64,000 bases of DNA from IMG/VR virus record IMGVR_UViG_3300045988_113203, positions 1 through 64,000 of that record; one strand, written 5' to 3'. Made by a program: the position numbers and the translations under genes. How positions within the stretch are numbered: position 1 is the stretch's first letter; the number at the start of each line of letters is the position of its first letter. This DNA comes from a virus. Positions 47,373-56,296 of the stretch are shown here, in pieces. The notes below the pieces were generated by a model that had not been told where the DNA came from, made no database searches, and saw only the letters and a list, made by a program, of their open reading frames with translations.

Positions 47373-48560
47373 TCACAAAGTATTTACTCTAATTGGATTA
47401 AACACAAATCCACTATCGATTATCTTTCCAATAAAAGAATCACCGATTACTTTTCTTGCTATTCCAATTGCTCCATTAATATCTGCATTGATCAGCTCCC
47501 CAATAGAACTTTGAAACAATCCGCGTTTCTTCCTTCTACCTAAGTAGGATTCCTGTTTCTTTAGAGGTTCAAAAGCGAGATGATCGATCTTTGATGTATA
47601 GGATTCTTCATGAACAATCACGTTGATTCCTAAAAACTTCGCTTTGTAAACAATCTTATCTATTAACTTAGAATGAGGGATAGAAACGAAATGTTGGTTG
47701 TTTCGTTTGCCAATATTTATTTTGTTTTTCCATTCTTTGTTTAATCCGATGATGATTGTTCCTATGTCGTTTGATCTACAGAAGTTGACAATATATCTGC
47801 TTATCTTATGCAACTTGTCTTCTATCCAACAATTTCTAAACAAAGTAATTTTTCTTATTCTATTTGAAGTTCCCTTATTACCAACAAAAGACATCAACTT
47901 AGCTTTCTTCTTATTGTACCACTGATTTACTGATTTCAAAACTCGTCCGTTTATAATGAAAGAATTAACTACATTACTAATACATGAACATAAATTATTC
48001 AATCCTAAATCAATCGAAAGAAAATTGTCTTTATCTAAACCAAGATCAGTTTCCTTTCTTTCATAAATTACCTCTACTACATAACAGGTAGCTTGAGGTA
48101 TGATTCTAACTTGTTTTAATTCGTCTTTATTTATATTCGTTTTGATAGGTTTGATTATATCTTTGACAAAATGAATATGATTATCATCTTTTACCCTGCA
48201 ATCACAGTTGGTAAAAACAACCATGTTTTGTTTCTTACCTCGTTTGTATGAAGGTAGATGAGGACGATGATTACCATATTTTGAAGGATTCTTTTCAAAA
48301 TCTTTCTTTAATCTCATCCAGGATTTTATGTTTTTAAATACCTGTTTAATCACCTGCTGTGAAACATGATTAGGTAAATTCCTGAAATCAAATTGGTTTT
48401 CTTTGCAAAGTTTGTTTGATAAATCAAATTCCTTTAAGTAGTTACCAGAAAAGACTCCTTGACGAATGTTGTAAAGAACATAATTGTACAACAAACCGGA
48501 TTTGAGGCAAATATCCTCAAACCGGTTGTCTTTAACTATATGTCTTTCAACAAGTTTCAT
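47373..48560 (-). CDS. tnpB: TnpB-family protein (395 aa), a zinc-finger-less paralog of the gene at 20908-22140. RuvC-I is LSIDLGLNNL, RuvC-II is HEESYTSK and RuvC-III is INADINGAIGI.
   Basis: The C-terminal half is near-identical in pattern to the IS607 tnpB (GRRKKRGLFQSSIGELINAD, NPIRVN). No adjacent transposase. Only 17 bp and 73 bp separate it from the neighbouring genes. Confidence 0.8.
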   Translation of the reverse strand: MKLVERHIVKDNRFEDICLKSGLLYNYVLYNIRQGVFSGNYLKEFDLSNKLCKENQFDFRNLPNHVSQQVIKQVFKNIKSWMRLKKDFEKNPSKYGNHRPHLPSYKRGKKQNMVVFTNCDCRVKDDNHIHFVKDIIKPIKTNINKDELKQVRIIPQATCYVVEVIYERKETDLGLDKDNFLSIDLGLNNLCSCISNVVNSFIINGRVLKSVNQWYNKKKAKLMSFVGNKGTSNRIRKITLFRNCWIEDKLHKISRYIVNFCRSNDIGTIIIGLNKEWKNKINIGKRNNQHFVSIPHSKLIDKIVYKAKFLGINVIVHEESYTSKIDHLAFEPLKKQESYLGRRKKRGLFQSSIGELINADINGAIGIARKVIGDSFIGKIIDSGFVFNPIRVNTL

Positions 48561-48577
48561 TTAAACATTTTAATACA

Positions 48578-48883
48578 CTAATACAAATCTTCTGAATACA
48601 ACTGTTCTCTAACGGCATTCCTATCTACCACCATCTCCTGATTATTGTTTCTAACAAGTTCAGATGCTTCCTCTCTTGTTAAAAACCGGTTCTTGCTCGT
48701 CAAAAATCCTTGAACACTGCGGTTTTTATGGGCTATTCCGTATGCCGCAAGTTGCGATATTATGGAACAGTGCCTCAATCCACAAAATACGGTTCCGGAT
48801 GGTATATTTACTGGACCGTGAGGCTTGTTCTTGTGATCTTGAACCCATATAGCTGCGCATACAACAATTTCCTTATCACACAT
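48578..48883 (-). CDS. Hypothetical protein (101 aa)
   Basis: ORF. Confidence 0.5.
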   Translation of the reverse strand: MCDKEIVVCAAIWVQDHKNKPHGPVNIPSGTVFCGLRHCSIISQLAAYGIAHKNRSVQGFLTSKNRFLTREEASELVRNNNQEMVVDRNAVREQLYSEDLY

Positions 48884-48886
48884 AAT

Positions 48887-49162
48887 TTACATATTTAAAA
48901 TACCGTTTTTACCAATATGCTTCTTTTCTTCTTCAGTAGGCCATTCTTTCTTGAACTTACCGTGCCACGTTCCAGGAACTACCACCACTTCGCCTCCCTT
49001 ACTATATTCAATAGCGGCGCATTCAGAACAAAGAGGCTTGCCTTCATATCCCTTTAGCGACTTATCGTAAATACGATTCTTACAAGGTCTTACAAGAGCC
49101 CAGTAACATGATGTGGCTGTATTATCTATACAGCCACACTTTGAACATACAAACAAACTCAT
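48887..49162 (-). CDS. Hypothetical zinc-ribbon protein (91 aa; CSKCGC...CSEC)
   Basis: ORF with Cys pairs. Confidence 0.5.
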   Translation of the reverse strand: MSLFVCSKCGCIDNTATSCYWALVRPCKNRIYDKSLKGYEGKPLCSECAAIEYSKGGEVVVVPGTWHGKFKKEWPTEEEKKHIGKNGILNM

Positions 49163-49347
49163 CCCGCAATCTCCCAGTCATTAGACATAATATCATGTTC
49201 GGTTGGATTCCAATTTGATGCTACTTTTTGACCTGTATTTATCATCAATATATTTACGTCAAACATACAGATATACTTTTTACCCCAATCGATTCTTTTT
49301 ATCTTACGACCTAATTTAAGCCGTTCTAAAGCCTGTTCGAATGTCAT
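49159..49347 (-). CDS. Hypothetical protein (62 aa)
   Basis: ORF with 4-nt overlaps on both sides. Confidence 0.45.
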   Translation of the reverse strand: MTFEQALERLKLGRKIKRIDWGKKYICMFDVNILMINTGQKVASNWNPTEHDIMSNDWEIAG

Positions 49348-50021
49348 GCCATGAGAGGCAGTTTGAGATACTTTTCAAGTCTGTCGGCAGCTTCATTTGG
49401 TGTATGGCCATCGTATTCGAAAGCAGTTTCTCTTTCAGGAACATCAAACAAATCCCAGTATTTGCTTTCATAGTGATTAGATACCTGACCGGTAGGTAGG
49501 ATCGCCATCACAATAAACCAATCATCAGAACCGAAGCATTTTTCTCCGTCGCTGTGTCTCCTTGATTTGCAAACTTCAACCTGTCCGTTTCTGGCTAATA
49601 GATTAAAGAAGGCGGCGTTATACAACATGCGATACCGATACAATTCATTGAAAGTGTGGTATCCGTCAGAGACTTCTCCCACGTCTACAGGCTTCTTGTT
49701 TTGAATACTACCCAAAATATTCTCTATATAGAGCTGTATTTTATACATACCCATTTCGGTGTGGCCGTATTTGTTCAAGATATTATTGACATCGTATTGT
49801 ATATTAAAATCTTTTTCAAATTCTACTTCAGGATGATTAGGATAGTAGTAATCTACTGATGCTTCTAACACAGACTTGATATGCTCTACTATTCTCGTGG
49901 CATCATCATGTTTTAAGAAATTCTTGAATCCCTCAACGAATTTAATATCTTCTTCGATTGTTGATTCGAACTCTTCTTTTGTCATTACTCTAACCACATC
50001 TTTAAAATCTTTTAATTCCAT
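49344..50021 (-). CDS. Hypothetical protein (225 aa)
   Basis: ORF. Confidence 0.55.
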   Translation of the reverse strand: MELKDFKDVVRVMTKEEFESTIEEDIKFVEGFKNFLKHDDATRIVEHIKSVLEASVDYYYPNHPEVEFEKDFNIQYDVNNILNKYGHTEMGMYKIQLYIENILGSIQNKKPVDVGEVSDGYHTFNELYRYRMLYNAAFFNLLARNGQVEVCKSRRHSDGEKCFGSDDWFIVMAILPTGQVSNHYESKYWDLFDVPERETAFEYDGHTPNEAADRLEKYLKLPLMA

Positions 50022-50044
50022 GATTTGTTTTTAATTAATTGTTA

Positions 50045-50713
50045 CTATACTTTCTTTATCCTACAATACAAACCCCATAAGAACTCAGCAGAAAAACCAT
50101 CCCATACATTATTCTTCTGCCAAAGTTCTACTTTGTTAATAAACCAAGACCATGTGGGACCCTCATATGAAGAATCAGATGATTTTCCCAATCCGATTTT
50201 CTCTATTTCATTCGCTACATCAGAATAAGGATCTAAATCGACTCCCCTAATCATATTAATAATATCATCCTTGTCTAACGTAAATTGAAACCGCTCCTTG
50301 TTAGTAGGCTGATCTTGATTCAATTTACCAGTCGCAAGCCATTCTCCATCATGATACAATTCGGCAAGTTTCTTTACCTTATTTTTAAGAAAATAATACT
50401 CTTGTATGACTTCTATAAAATCAGCTTCGTTAGCTTTACCCTCTATGAAGATAACGGTTTTGCTTCCAGGTCTATGATCGTCTAAGCTTGCCGGGATTCC
50501 CAATATCGTCCATCCTTTAAACTCAGCTATCTTAAAACGCATGACATCAAACACCTTATAGAAATCATCACAATCTATAGATTCTATTACCTTAATATCC
50601 TCTTCCGTAAATTTACCTCGTATTGGAATAACGTGATGACCAGGACATCCATCGGTTCCGAAATATGCAATTCTAACCATATCATCTACAATTTTACGAT
50701 TTTTGCAAAACAT
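50045..50713 (-). CDS. Hypothetical protein (222 aa)
   Basis: ORF. Confidence 0.55.
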   Translation of the reverse strand: MFCKNRKIVDDMVRIAYFGTDGCPGHHVIPIRGKFTEEDIKVIESIDCDDFYKVFDVMRFKIAEFKGWTILGIPASLDDHRPGSKTVIFIEGKANEADFIEVIQEYYFLKNKVKKLAELYHDGEWLATGKLNQDQPTNKERFQFTLDKDDIINMIRGVDLDPYSDVANEIEKIGLGKSSDSSYEGPTWSWFINKVELWQKNNVWDGFSAEFLWGLYCRIKKV

Positions 50714-50912
50714 TCATATAACACGGTACATCTACCACATCTCTTCTATGAAGTCCCTTTTCAAAATAGGAAACCATATAAGTGTTTTTACCTTCGTGAT
50801 CAGGTCTGGGATCAAAGCATTCAAAAACGAATCTTGTTCTACCTTCAAGATGACCAAACATGAAAACAAATTCACCACCGTATCTTTCGCTGGCTAACTC
50901 TTCTACGGTCAT
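50694..50912 (-). CDS. Hypothetical protein (72 aa)
   Basis: ORF. Confidence 0.45.
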   Translation of the reverse strand: MTVEELASERYGGEFVFMFGHLEGRTRFVFECFDPRPDHEGKNTYMVSYFEKGLHRRDVVDVPCYMNVLQKS

Positions 50913-51136
50913 AACCTATCTCCTCCTAATCCTGAGTTAATACTAACGTACTTAACACGGACATCATTTCCACGTCCAAGCTGACCCCAGCCGGGCGATG
51001 GCGTTCCCTTAGCCGGAGCAGAGACAGCCCTAAGCCGAGGCCAGTCCTGCTTTTGCCTCATGGCTTCAGCCTCTTTGTAATACCGGTTACACAGCTCTTG
51101 GTCTTCGTAACCAACGTAATCTTCCTTATTTTCCAT
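50909..51136 (-). CDS. Hypothetical protein (75 aa)
   Basis: ORF. Confidence 0.45.
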   Translation of the reverse strand: MENKEDYVGYEDQELCNRYYKEAEAMRQKQDWPRLRAVSAPAKGTPSPGWGQLGRGNDVRVKYVSINSGLGGDRL

Positions 51137-51204
51137 ATAGAATAGTTTTTCAACAAATGTACGACATTCATAAATTAATTAGATTTAAAATAAAACAATA
51201 TGAA

Positions 51205-51241
51205 TTAAAATAAAAACCCGATATGTTAAAATCGCATCGGG
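51205..51241 (-). terminator. Rho-independent terminator on the - strand. The stem CCCGAT/ATCGGG is followed, on the - strand, by TTTTTATTTT.
   Basis: Read directly. Downstream of the gene at 51264-51446. Confidence 0.5.
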
Positions 51242-51263
51242 CCTGGTATTGAAAAAAATAGGT

Positions 51264-51446
51264 TCAGATCTTGGGTAAAGATTCGAGCCAATTTTTAACA
51301 TCTTTATATTTAGGGTCTTTGTCTATTCTATCTTTCAGTTCATGCAATGCTGAGTCCATAACCGTATTCGGTACGCCAATCAACTCTCCTATTAAATACA
51401 ATGGGGTTTTATTCGATTTAGATTCGTGTGCTATATTCATATCCAA
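51264..51446 (-). CDS. Hypothetical protein (60 aa)
   Basis: ORF. Confidence 0.4.
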   Translation of the reverse strand: MDMNIAHESKSNKTPLYLIGELIGVPNTVMDSALHELKDRIDKDPKYKDVKNWLESLPKI

Positions 51447-51604
51447 AAAAAGTTATGTGAAACAAACCGGCCACGGGTATTCTATTGCCCGCCGACCGGT
51501 ATAATATTTTTATTCCTTTTTTTTCCAAACGGGAAAAACGGGAATGCGGGAATCATATTTTTTACTATGGCTCCCGCACCACCGGAAGGACCTGGATCTG
51601 GATC

Positions 51605-51898
51605 TCAGGTCAGATCCTTCCAGTTTATTTTTTCGCCGAGGTAATCTTGCACGGCAAGCCATCTTATAAAGGCTACTCCTTCGGGAGCATCCGGATCATC
51701 CAAATACATTAACGTAGCTTTCACCAACTCGTTCTCACATTTGAAGACCTTAGGAAAACCATCCGAATAGTACATTGCAAAGACATATTGGACATCGCCC
51801 CATGTCGCTTTATCCGGCTTCTTCGCTCCGCACTTTTCAAAAATATCTTTTATTTCCGGCTGCTTCCAGATCCTCTTGGATCCATCGACGTTGACCAT
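51605..51898 (-). CDS. Hypothetical protein (97 aa)
   Basis: ORF. Confidence 0.5.
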   Translation of the reverse strand: MVNVDGSKRIWKQPEIKDIFEKCGAKKPDKATWGDVQYVFAMYYSDGFPKVFKCENELVKATLMYLDDPDAPEGVAFIRWLAVQDYLGEKINWKDLT

Positions 51899-51991
51899 CT
51901 TCTTTACCGCCTCATCAGCGAGAGCATTAGAAAAATGGTAGCCGTAAGTATCTACATATTTCTGATAAGCTGGATCCTCTGCGTCTGCTCC

Positions 51992-52249
51992 TCAATAAGA
52001 ACGACCTCTGCCACGTCCGCGACCTCTACGCATCTGAGGTCCGTCACCGTAGTATCTGTCGTCTCCATAGTAATCGGTCGGGTAGGATTCGTAACCCATC
52101 CTCCGGTATTCCCGGTCCTCCATTTCATGACGACGTTCGCGCTCTTCGAGCCTTCTTTCCCTTTCTTCCAGCTCGTTTTCGCGCTCTTCCATTTCTTTCA
52201 TCTTCTCATGCATACCGTAATGGTCGTAAATACCACCACCATACCCCAT
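51992..52249 (-). CDS. Glu/Arg-repeat and RG-repeat-rich low-complexity protein (85 aa; ...EERERRLEERERR...RRGRGRGRGRSY). May be the C-terminal extension of the Bro-N gene reached by a -1 frame change.
   Basis: This frame stays open for 23 codons upstream of its ATG and already encodes GRGRSRR there. It overlaps the Bro-N ORF by 52 nt. Confidence 0.4.
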   Translation of the reverse strand: MGYGGGIYDHYGMHEKMKEMEERENELEERERRLEERERRHEMEDREYRRMGYESYPTDYYGDDRYYGDGPQMRRGRGRGRGRSY

Positions 52250-52764
52250 GTACGTCCCGTCAGAACGCCGGCTTCTGCCTCTGCCTGCGACTTTTCGGCT
52301 ATAGCTTTTTGAGCAGCTTCATATTGATCAGCCCAGGCTCTTGCTGCATCTGCCGGATTAGAAAAGTCAGGGACCAAAATTCCCTTTCCACCGGAACTTG
52401 TTTTATATTCTCCTGTTTTACGAATAGAAGGAAGAACCTCAGATGTTACCCATTTCTTAAATCTCTTAGCAGACTCTAATTTTGAAGATAATATAAGAGA
52501 ATATAAACCAGATTCATTAATTATTCTTATACTATCTATATATCTGGTTTTCAATATAGATCGTTTTACGCCCCATTGATTATCAGATACTTGCAAAAGC
52601 ATAGAATCATCATCATCTACATGTCTTTTTACCGCATCTTTAGCATTTATATATCCAAGAGACTTAGCCACATCTGACGCCACAAACCAAACATCTCCTT
52701 TTGGATCTACAATAATTCTAAGCTCTCCAAAATCCGAACTTTCAAAAACAGAAACTTTATCCAT
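52198..52764 (-). CDS. Bro-N domain (phage antirepressor, KilA/Ant-like) protein (188 aa as called)
   Basis: The N-terminal FESSDFGELRIIVDPKGDVWFVASDVAKSLGY matches the Bro-N signature. Confidence 0.7.
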   Translation of the reverse strand: MDKVSVFESSDFGELRIIVDPKGDVWFVASDVAKSLGYINAKDAVKRHVDDDDSMLLQVSDNQWGVKRSILKTRYIDSIRIINESGLYSLILSSKLESAKRFKKWVTSEVLPSIRKTGEYKTSSGGKGILVPDFSNPADAARAWADQYEAAQKAIAEKSQAEAEAGVLTGRTWGMVVVFTTITVCMRR

Positions 52765-53404
52765 GATAAAAAAAATAGGCCCAAAAGAGAATGTCAGATC
52801 CCACTATGACAAACCCTAATGAGCCAAAAATATCTTTCAACATCAAACAACCAGAGGTGGGATCTCGTTGTTCATTGTTTCTGGAGCAAAGATAGGAACA
52901 GGATTTTAAATAGCAAATATTTTAATACTTTTTAAATCAAACCAGGGCCCGCATCACTGCGAGCCCTGATCTACACTAATCTAAACTAATACCATGAAAA
53001 ACTTAAATCTAAAAACTAAAGAACACACAAATGTATGAAAATGTATGCTTTTCACAAAGAATCTGTATCCTGTTCTTTTGTATGGTTAAGTACATGGGAT
53101 ATAGTTCTGATACTTAATCCGGTTTGATTTTGTATCAGATTATAAATATAGGATTTTGAAACTACAGTTCTTAATTGACCTAAATCATTCATAATGTTTT
53201 TTATACATAAGATGAATGCTGTTGTTACGTTTGATGGTACTGATTCTCATTTCCTACTGTTATTAGTTACGTTCGGTTCTTACTTTTTCCTTATTTCCAT
53301 AATCCCTTCCTGAAACTAATATTGCAAACTTAATAAAAATAATTCATAAACAATGAAAATCTAACTTTTCTTGTATGTTATTGATATACGTACATATATA
53401 AGAA

Positions 53405-53430
53405 AAGTGAGACTTTCACAAGCCTCACTT
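53405..53430 (-). terminator. Rho-independent terminator on the - strand. The stem AAGTGAG/CTCACTT is followed, on the - strand, by TTTCTTATAT.
   Basis: Lies 45 nt downstream of the stop of the 751-aa gene. Confidence 0.55.
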
Positions 53431-53474
53431 CCCAAATTATAACTATGAAAAAACTATATATATGTACACAAAAA

Positions 53475-55730
53475 TTACCTGCATTCCAATTTATTAAGAT
53501 CATCCAATTCAGGCTTGCTTACGGTCATGTCTTGCGTCAAGCCAGATCTGTTTTGGTATGGAGCGTAATCGGTTTCTACCGTCTTAGCCTTCTGAGTAGA
53601 ATCGTATTTCACCTCTGATTCGGTTCCTGTCAGATTTTGATAGATAGAGCCGGAACTGCTCTCGCCAACTTTAGTGAACACCGTGTTCCCTATTCTGATA
53701 AAATTATTATACAACCCTTCTACGATAACATTACCATCCTGCTTAGTTATGTTATGATCCCGAACCTCATTTAAGAGATTAGGATGTTTTGTAAAAAGAT
53801 CGTGATAGAAATCAGAACCGGCATATAACATATCATAATAATCCAAATAGAACAGATCTGTAAAAGAAGGATCGGTGCTGCTCATGCTATACTCAAATAG
53901 CTGTTCACGATCATTACCTGCCAAAGATAGTTCAATTTGTTTTAACGTATCCGGATCTGAAATGGTAAGACCCAGTAAATGATCTGGTTTAAAGTCAAGA
54001 TACTTGTATGCTCCTTCGTACACTTCTGTATTATGAAGCTTATTTTCAAGATAAGATTGGTATAAATCGAATAAGAGTAAAGGATTCTCTTTGTCCTGCT
54101 TTCTGTTTATGTATCGGCTAAACTCCCGTTCTTCATTAACATACGAGCTTCCTGGAACAACAAGATGACCGAATGCCAATCTGGTAGCATTCATCTCTTC
54201 CGTATTCTGAGAATCGGTATAAGACAGGACGTATTTTTTAATAGAATCAGCAAGGGCCTTACTATCTACGTTTTTCACGCGGAGCTTATCTAAAACACCA
54301 TCTTTAAAACAATATTCAGGATAGATACCAGGTGGGAAATAAGTTAGACTCTGCTTGGCAAGCTCGGCAGCCATATCGTACAAATCACTTAAATTATCTC
54401 TTTCTACCTTATGATATAGGTTTCCACCAAGATAAAGCAGAGAATGATTTTCAAATGCCGATACCGGATCTATGTCAGATTCCATATAAACGATATTCAT
54501 ATTATCCATATACTCTGGCAGAAACATAACACGGCGATCCTGGCTATCTCCAAGAACGTCATCGATAGCAGAAGCTAAGGTAGGAGCATAAGTATCATCG
54601 TTGTGCCTTGCTACATAAATATCGAGATCCAACATCAAGCTATCAATTTTATTCAGCAATTCTTCTGTTCCGTCGTATGCTTTAGACACACCTACGATAT
54701 CTATACCAAGACCCACACAAGCCTCTTCTACGTCCCATATCATACTTCTAAGGTCTTCTTCTGTATCAGCATTAACCCTATTTAGAAAGGCTGATATACG
54801 AACCCGTAATGACTCAGCATTAATAGGGCTATAATAAGCATAATCTTGCAACTTTGACAATGACCGTCTCTTCCCTTCTACGATATTATTATCTTCTAAA
54901 GCCACAACCGGAACGATGTTCATATTCGAAAATTCGTTGAACATCGACAAGGCAAAACTCTTATCCGACTGATATCTTTCAACTAACTCCGGATATGAAT
55001 CAGATAAAGATCCGAAAGCAGCATCAAACTCTGAAGCAACACTAATACCTCCTACTGTATTTTTTATAGCCTCATAAACCTCAGCCGGATTATATGATGC
55101 TCTCTTTCCTAATTTATTAAAGACGCCTTTTTTATACACAACAGGACCGTATGGTTTTTCTACGGTTGTGAAATAAGACTCTTTCCCAAGATCGTGTTCA
55201 TTATTGGAATAGTCTAATAATAGCCTCATAAAAGAGCTGACCTCATTAAGTACAGAAGGATTATCTAATATCCTACTTATTTCCGTCTCATTGTACAAGC
55301 CGGATCTCCTCAGATTTTCTTCATTTAGGATAAGATTGCCATCCACATAAAAAGAGCTTCTAACTCTATTAATAAGAGATCGTATGCTATATATGGAATT
55401 GGATATCATAACATCTCTTACATCCTTAACATCCTGAGCCGTTAAAGGATCAGCAAAATAAGTCTGACGCTTCATATACGACAGCACATCTTCTAAAAGA
55501 GGTTCGCCATTAGGATCGGTATTAAACATCTCCCCTGGAGCCGGGTTATTCCAATGACCATAATACGACAAAAAATCAGAGGTGTAAGCCTTAGCCCATA
55601 CTTGAAGAGCTCGCTCGCTGTTTCCTAATAATTTTAAGGCACTTTCGTAAAGAACGGAAGGCTCACCGTTAGGAGCCTCAACCCGTTCTATTTTATTTTC
55701 CTTCTTTTCTATCTGACATTTGACACCCAT
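53475..55730 (-). CDS. Hypothetical large protein (751 aa)
   Basis: Long uninterrupted ORF. Confidence 0.7.
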   Translation of the reverse strand: MGVKCQIEKKENKIERVEAPNGEPSVLYESALKLLGNSERALQVWAKAYTSDFLSYYGHWNNPAPGEMFNTDPNGEPLLEDVLSYMKRQTYFADPLTAQDVKDVRDVMISNSIYSIRSLINRVRSSFYVDGNLILNEENLRRSGLYNETEISRILDNPSVLNEVSSFMRLLLDYSNNEHDLGKESYFTTVEKPYGPVVYKKGVFNKLGKRASYNPAEVYEAIKNTVGGISVASEFDAAFGSLSDSYPELVERYQSDKSFALSMFNEFSNMNIVPVVALEDNNIVEGKRRSLSKLQDYAYYSPINAESLRVRISAFLNRVNADTEEDLRSMIWDVEEACVGLGIDIVGVSKAYDGTEELLNKIDSLMLDLDIYVARHNDDTYAPTLASAIDDVLGDSQDRRVMFLPEYMDNMNIVYMESDIDPVSAFENHSLLYLGGNLYHKVERDNLSDLYDMAAELAKQSLTYFPPGIYPEYCFKDGVLDKLRVKNVDSKALADSIKKYVLSYTDSQNTEEMNATRLAFGHLVVPGSSYVNEEREFSRYINRKQDKENPLLLFDLYQSYLENKLHNTEVYEGAYKYLDFKPDHLLGLTISDPDTLKQIELSLAGNDREQLFEYSMSSTDPSFTDLFYLDYYDMLYAGSDFYHDLFTKHPNLLNEVRDHNITKQDGNVIVEGLYNNFIRIGNTVFTKVGESSSGSIYQNLTGTESEVKYDSTQKAKTVETDYAPYQNRSGLTQDMTVSKPELDDLNKLECR

Positions 55731-55756
55731 AATAATTAACTTTTTTGCAAAGTTAA

Positions 55757-56296
55757 TTATAAAACTGATTTATACAATGACGGATCCCAAACTCCTTCTA
55801 TATAAATCTCCGGAAAACTCAAACTGCCATCACGAAGAGTGGTGACTTCCAAGCTGGGAATGTTGAAAACAGTACTGGTACTACCAAACTCACCATTCAA
55901 CTTGATAGCATTTCCGCTGTTATTAGCCTCATAATAAAAATAACAATAATTTTCATTAATGCTTGGATCATATTCGTACCAATATGTTAGATCTTGTATA
56001 TGATCTTCTATGTTACCAATTTTATTTTCACCTAATATAAAAATACCATTATTGCTATGATTATAAACCATAGATTCATAACCACCATAATTCCAATTAC
56101 TATTAAACATTATGTAACTAACATCAGAATCATGATCTTTTAATACAGGCCCTATATGTATATGAATTTTATTAAACTGACATACATAAGGTCTTTTTCC
56201 TCCAAGCCTTTTTATATCTTCATTGGATAACTTATTATAACATCCTCCCACAAAATTATCCGCAGCATTAAAAAATCTCCTTCTCATACTCAACAC
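55757..56296 (-). CDS. Hypothetical protein (179 aa)
   Basis: ORF whose start overlaps the end of the giant gene by 7 nt. Confidence 0.55.
   Translation of the reverse strand: MLSMRRRFFNAADNFVGGCYNKLSNEDIKRLGGKRPYVCQFNKIHIHIGPVLKDHDSDVSYIMFNSNWNYGGYESMVYNHSNNGIFILGENKIGNIEDHIQDLTYWYEYDPSINENYCYFYYEANNSGNAIKLNGEFGSTSTVFNIPSLEVTTLRDGSLSFPEIYIEGVWDPSLYKSVL

Noticed and set aside
51447-51604. Hairpin GGATCTG...CAGATCC as a terminator for gene 51605-51898
   Set aside because: The stem overlaps the stop codon and no U-tract follows on the minus strand. More likely incidental or regulatory.
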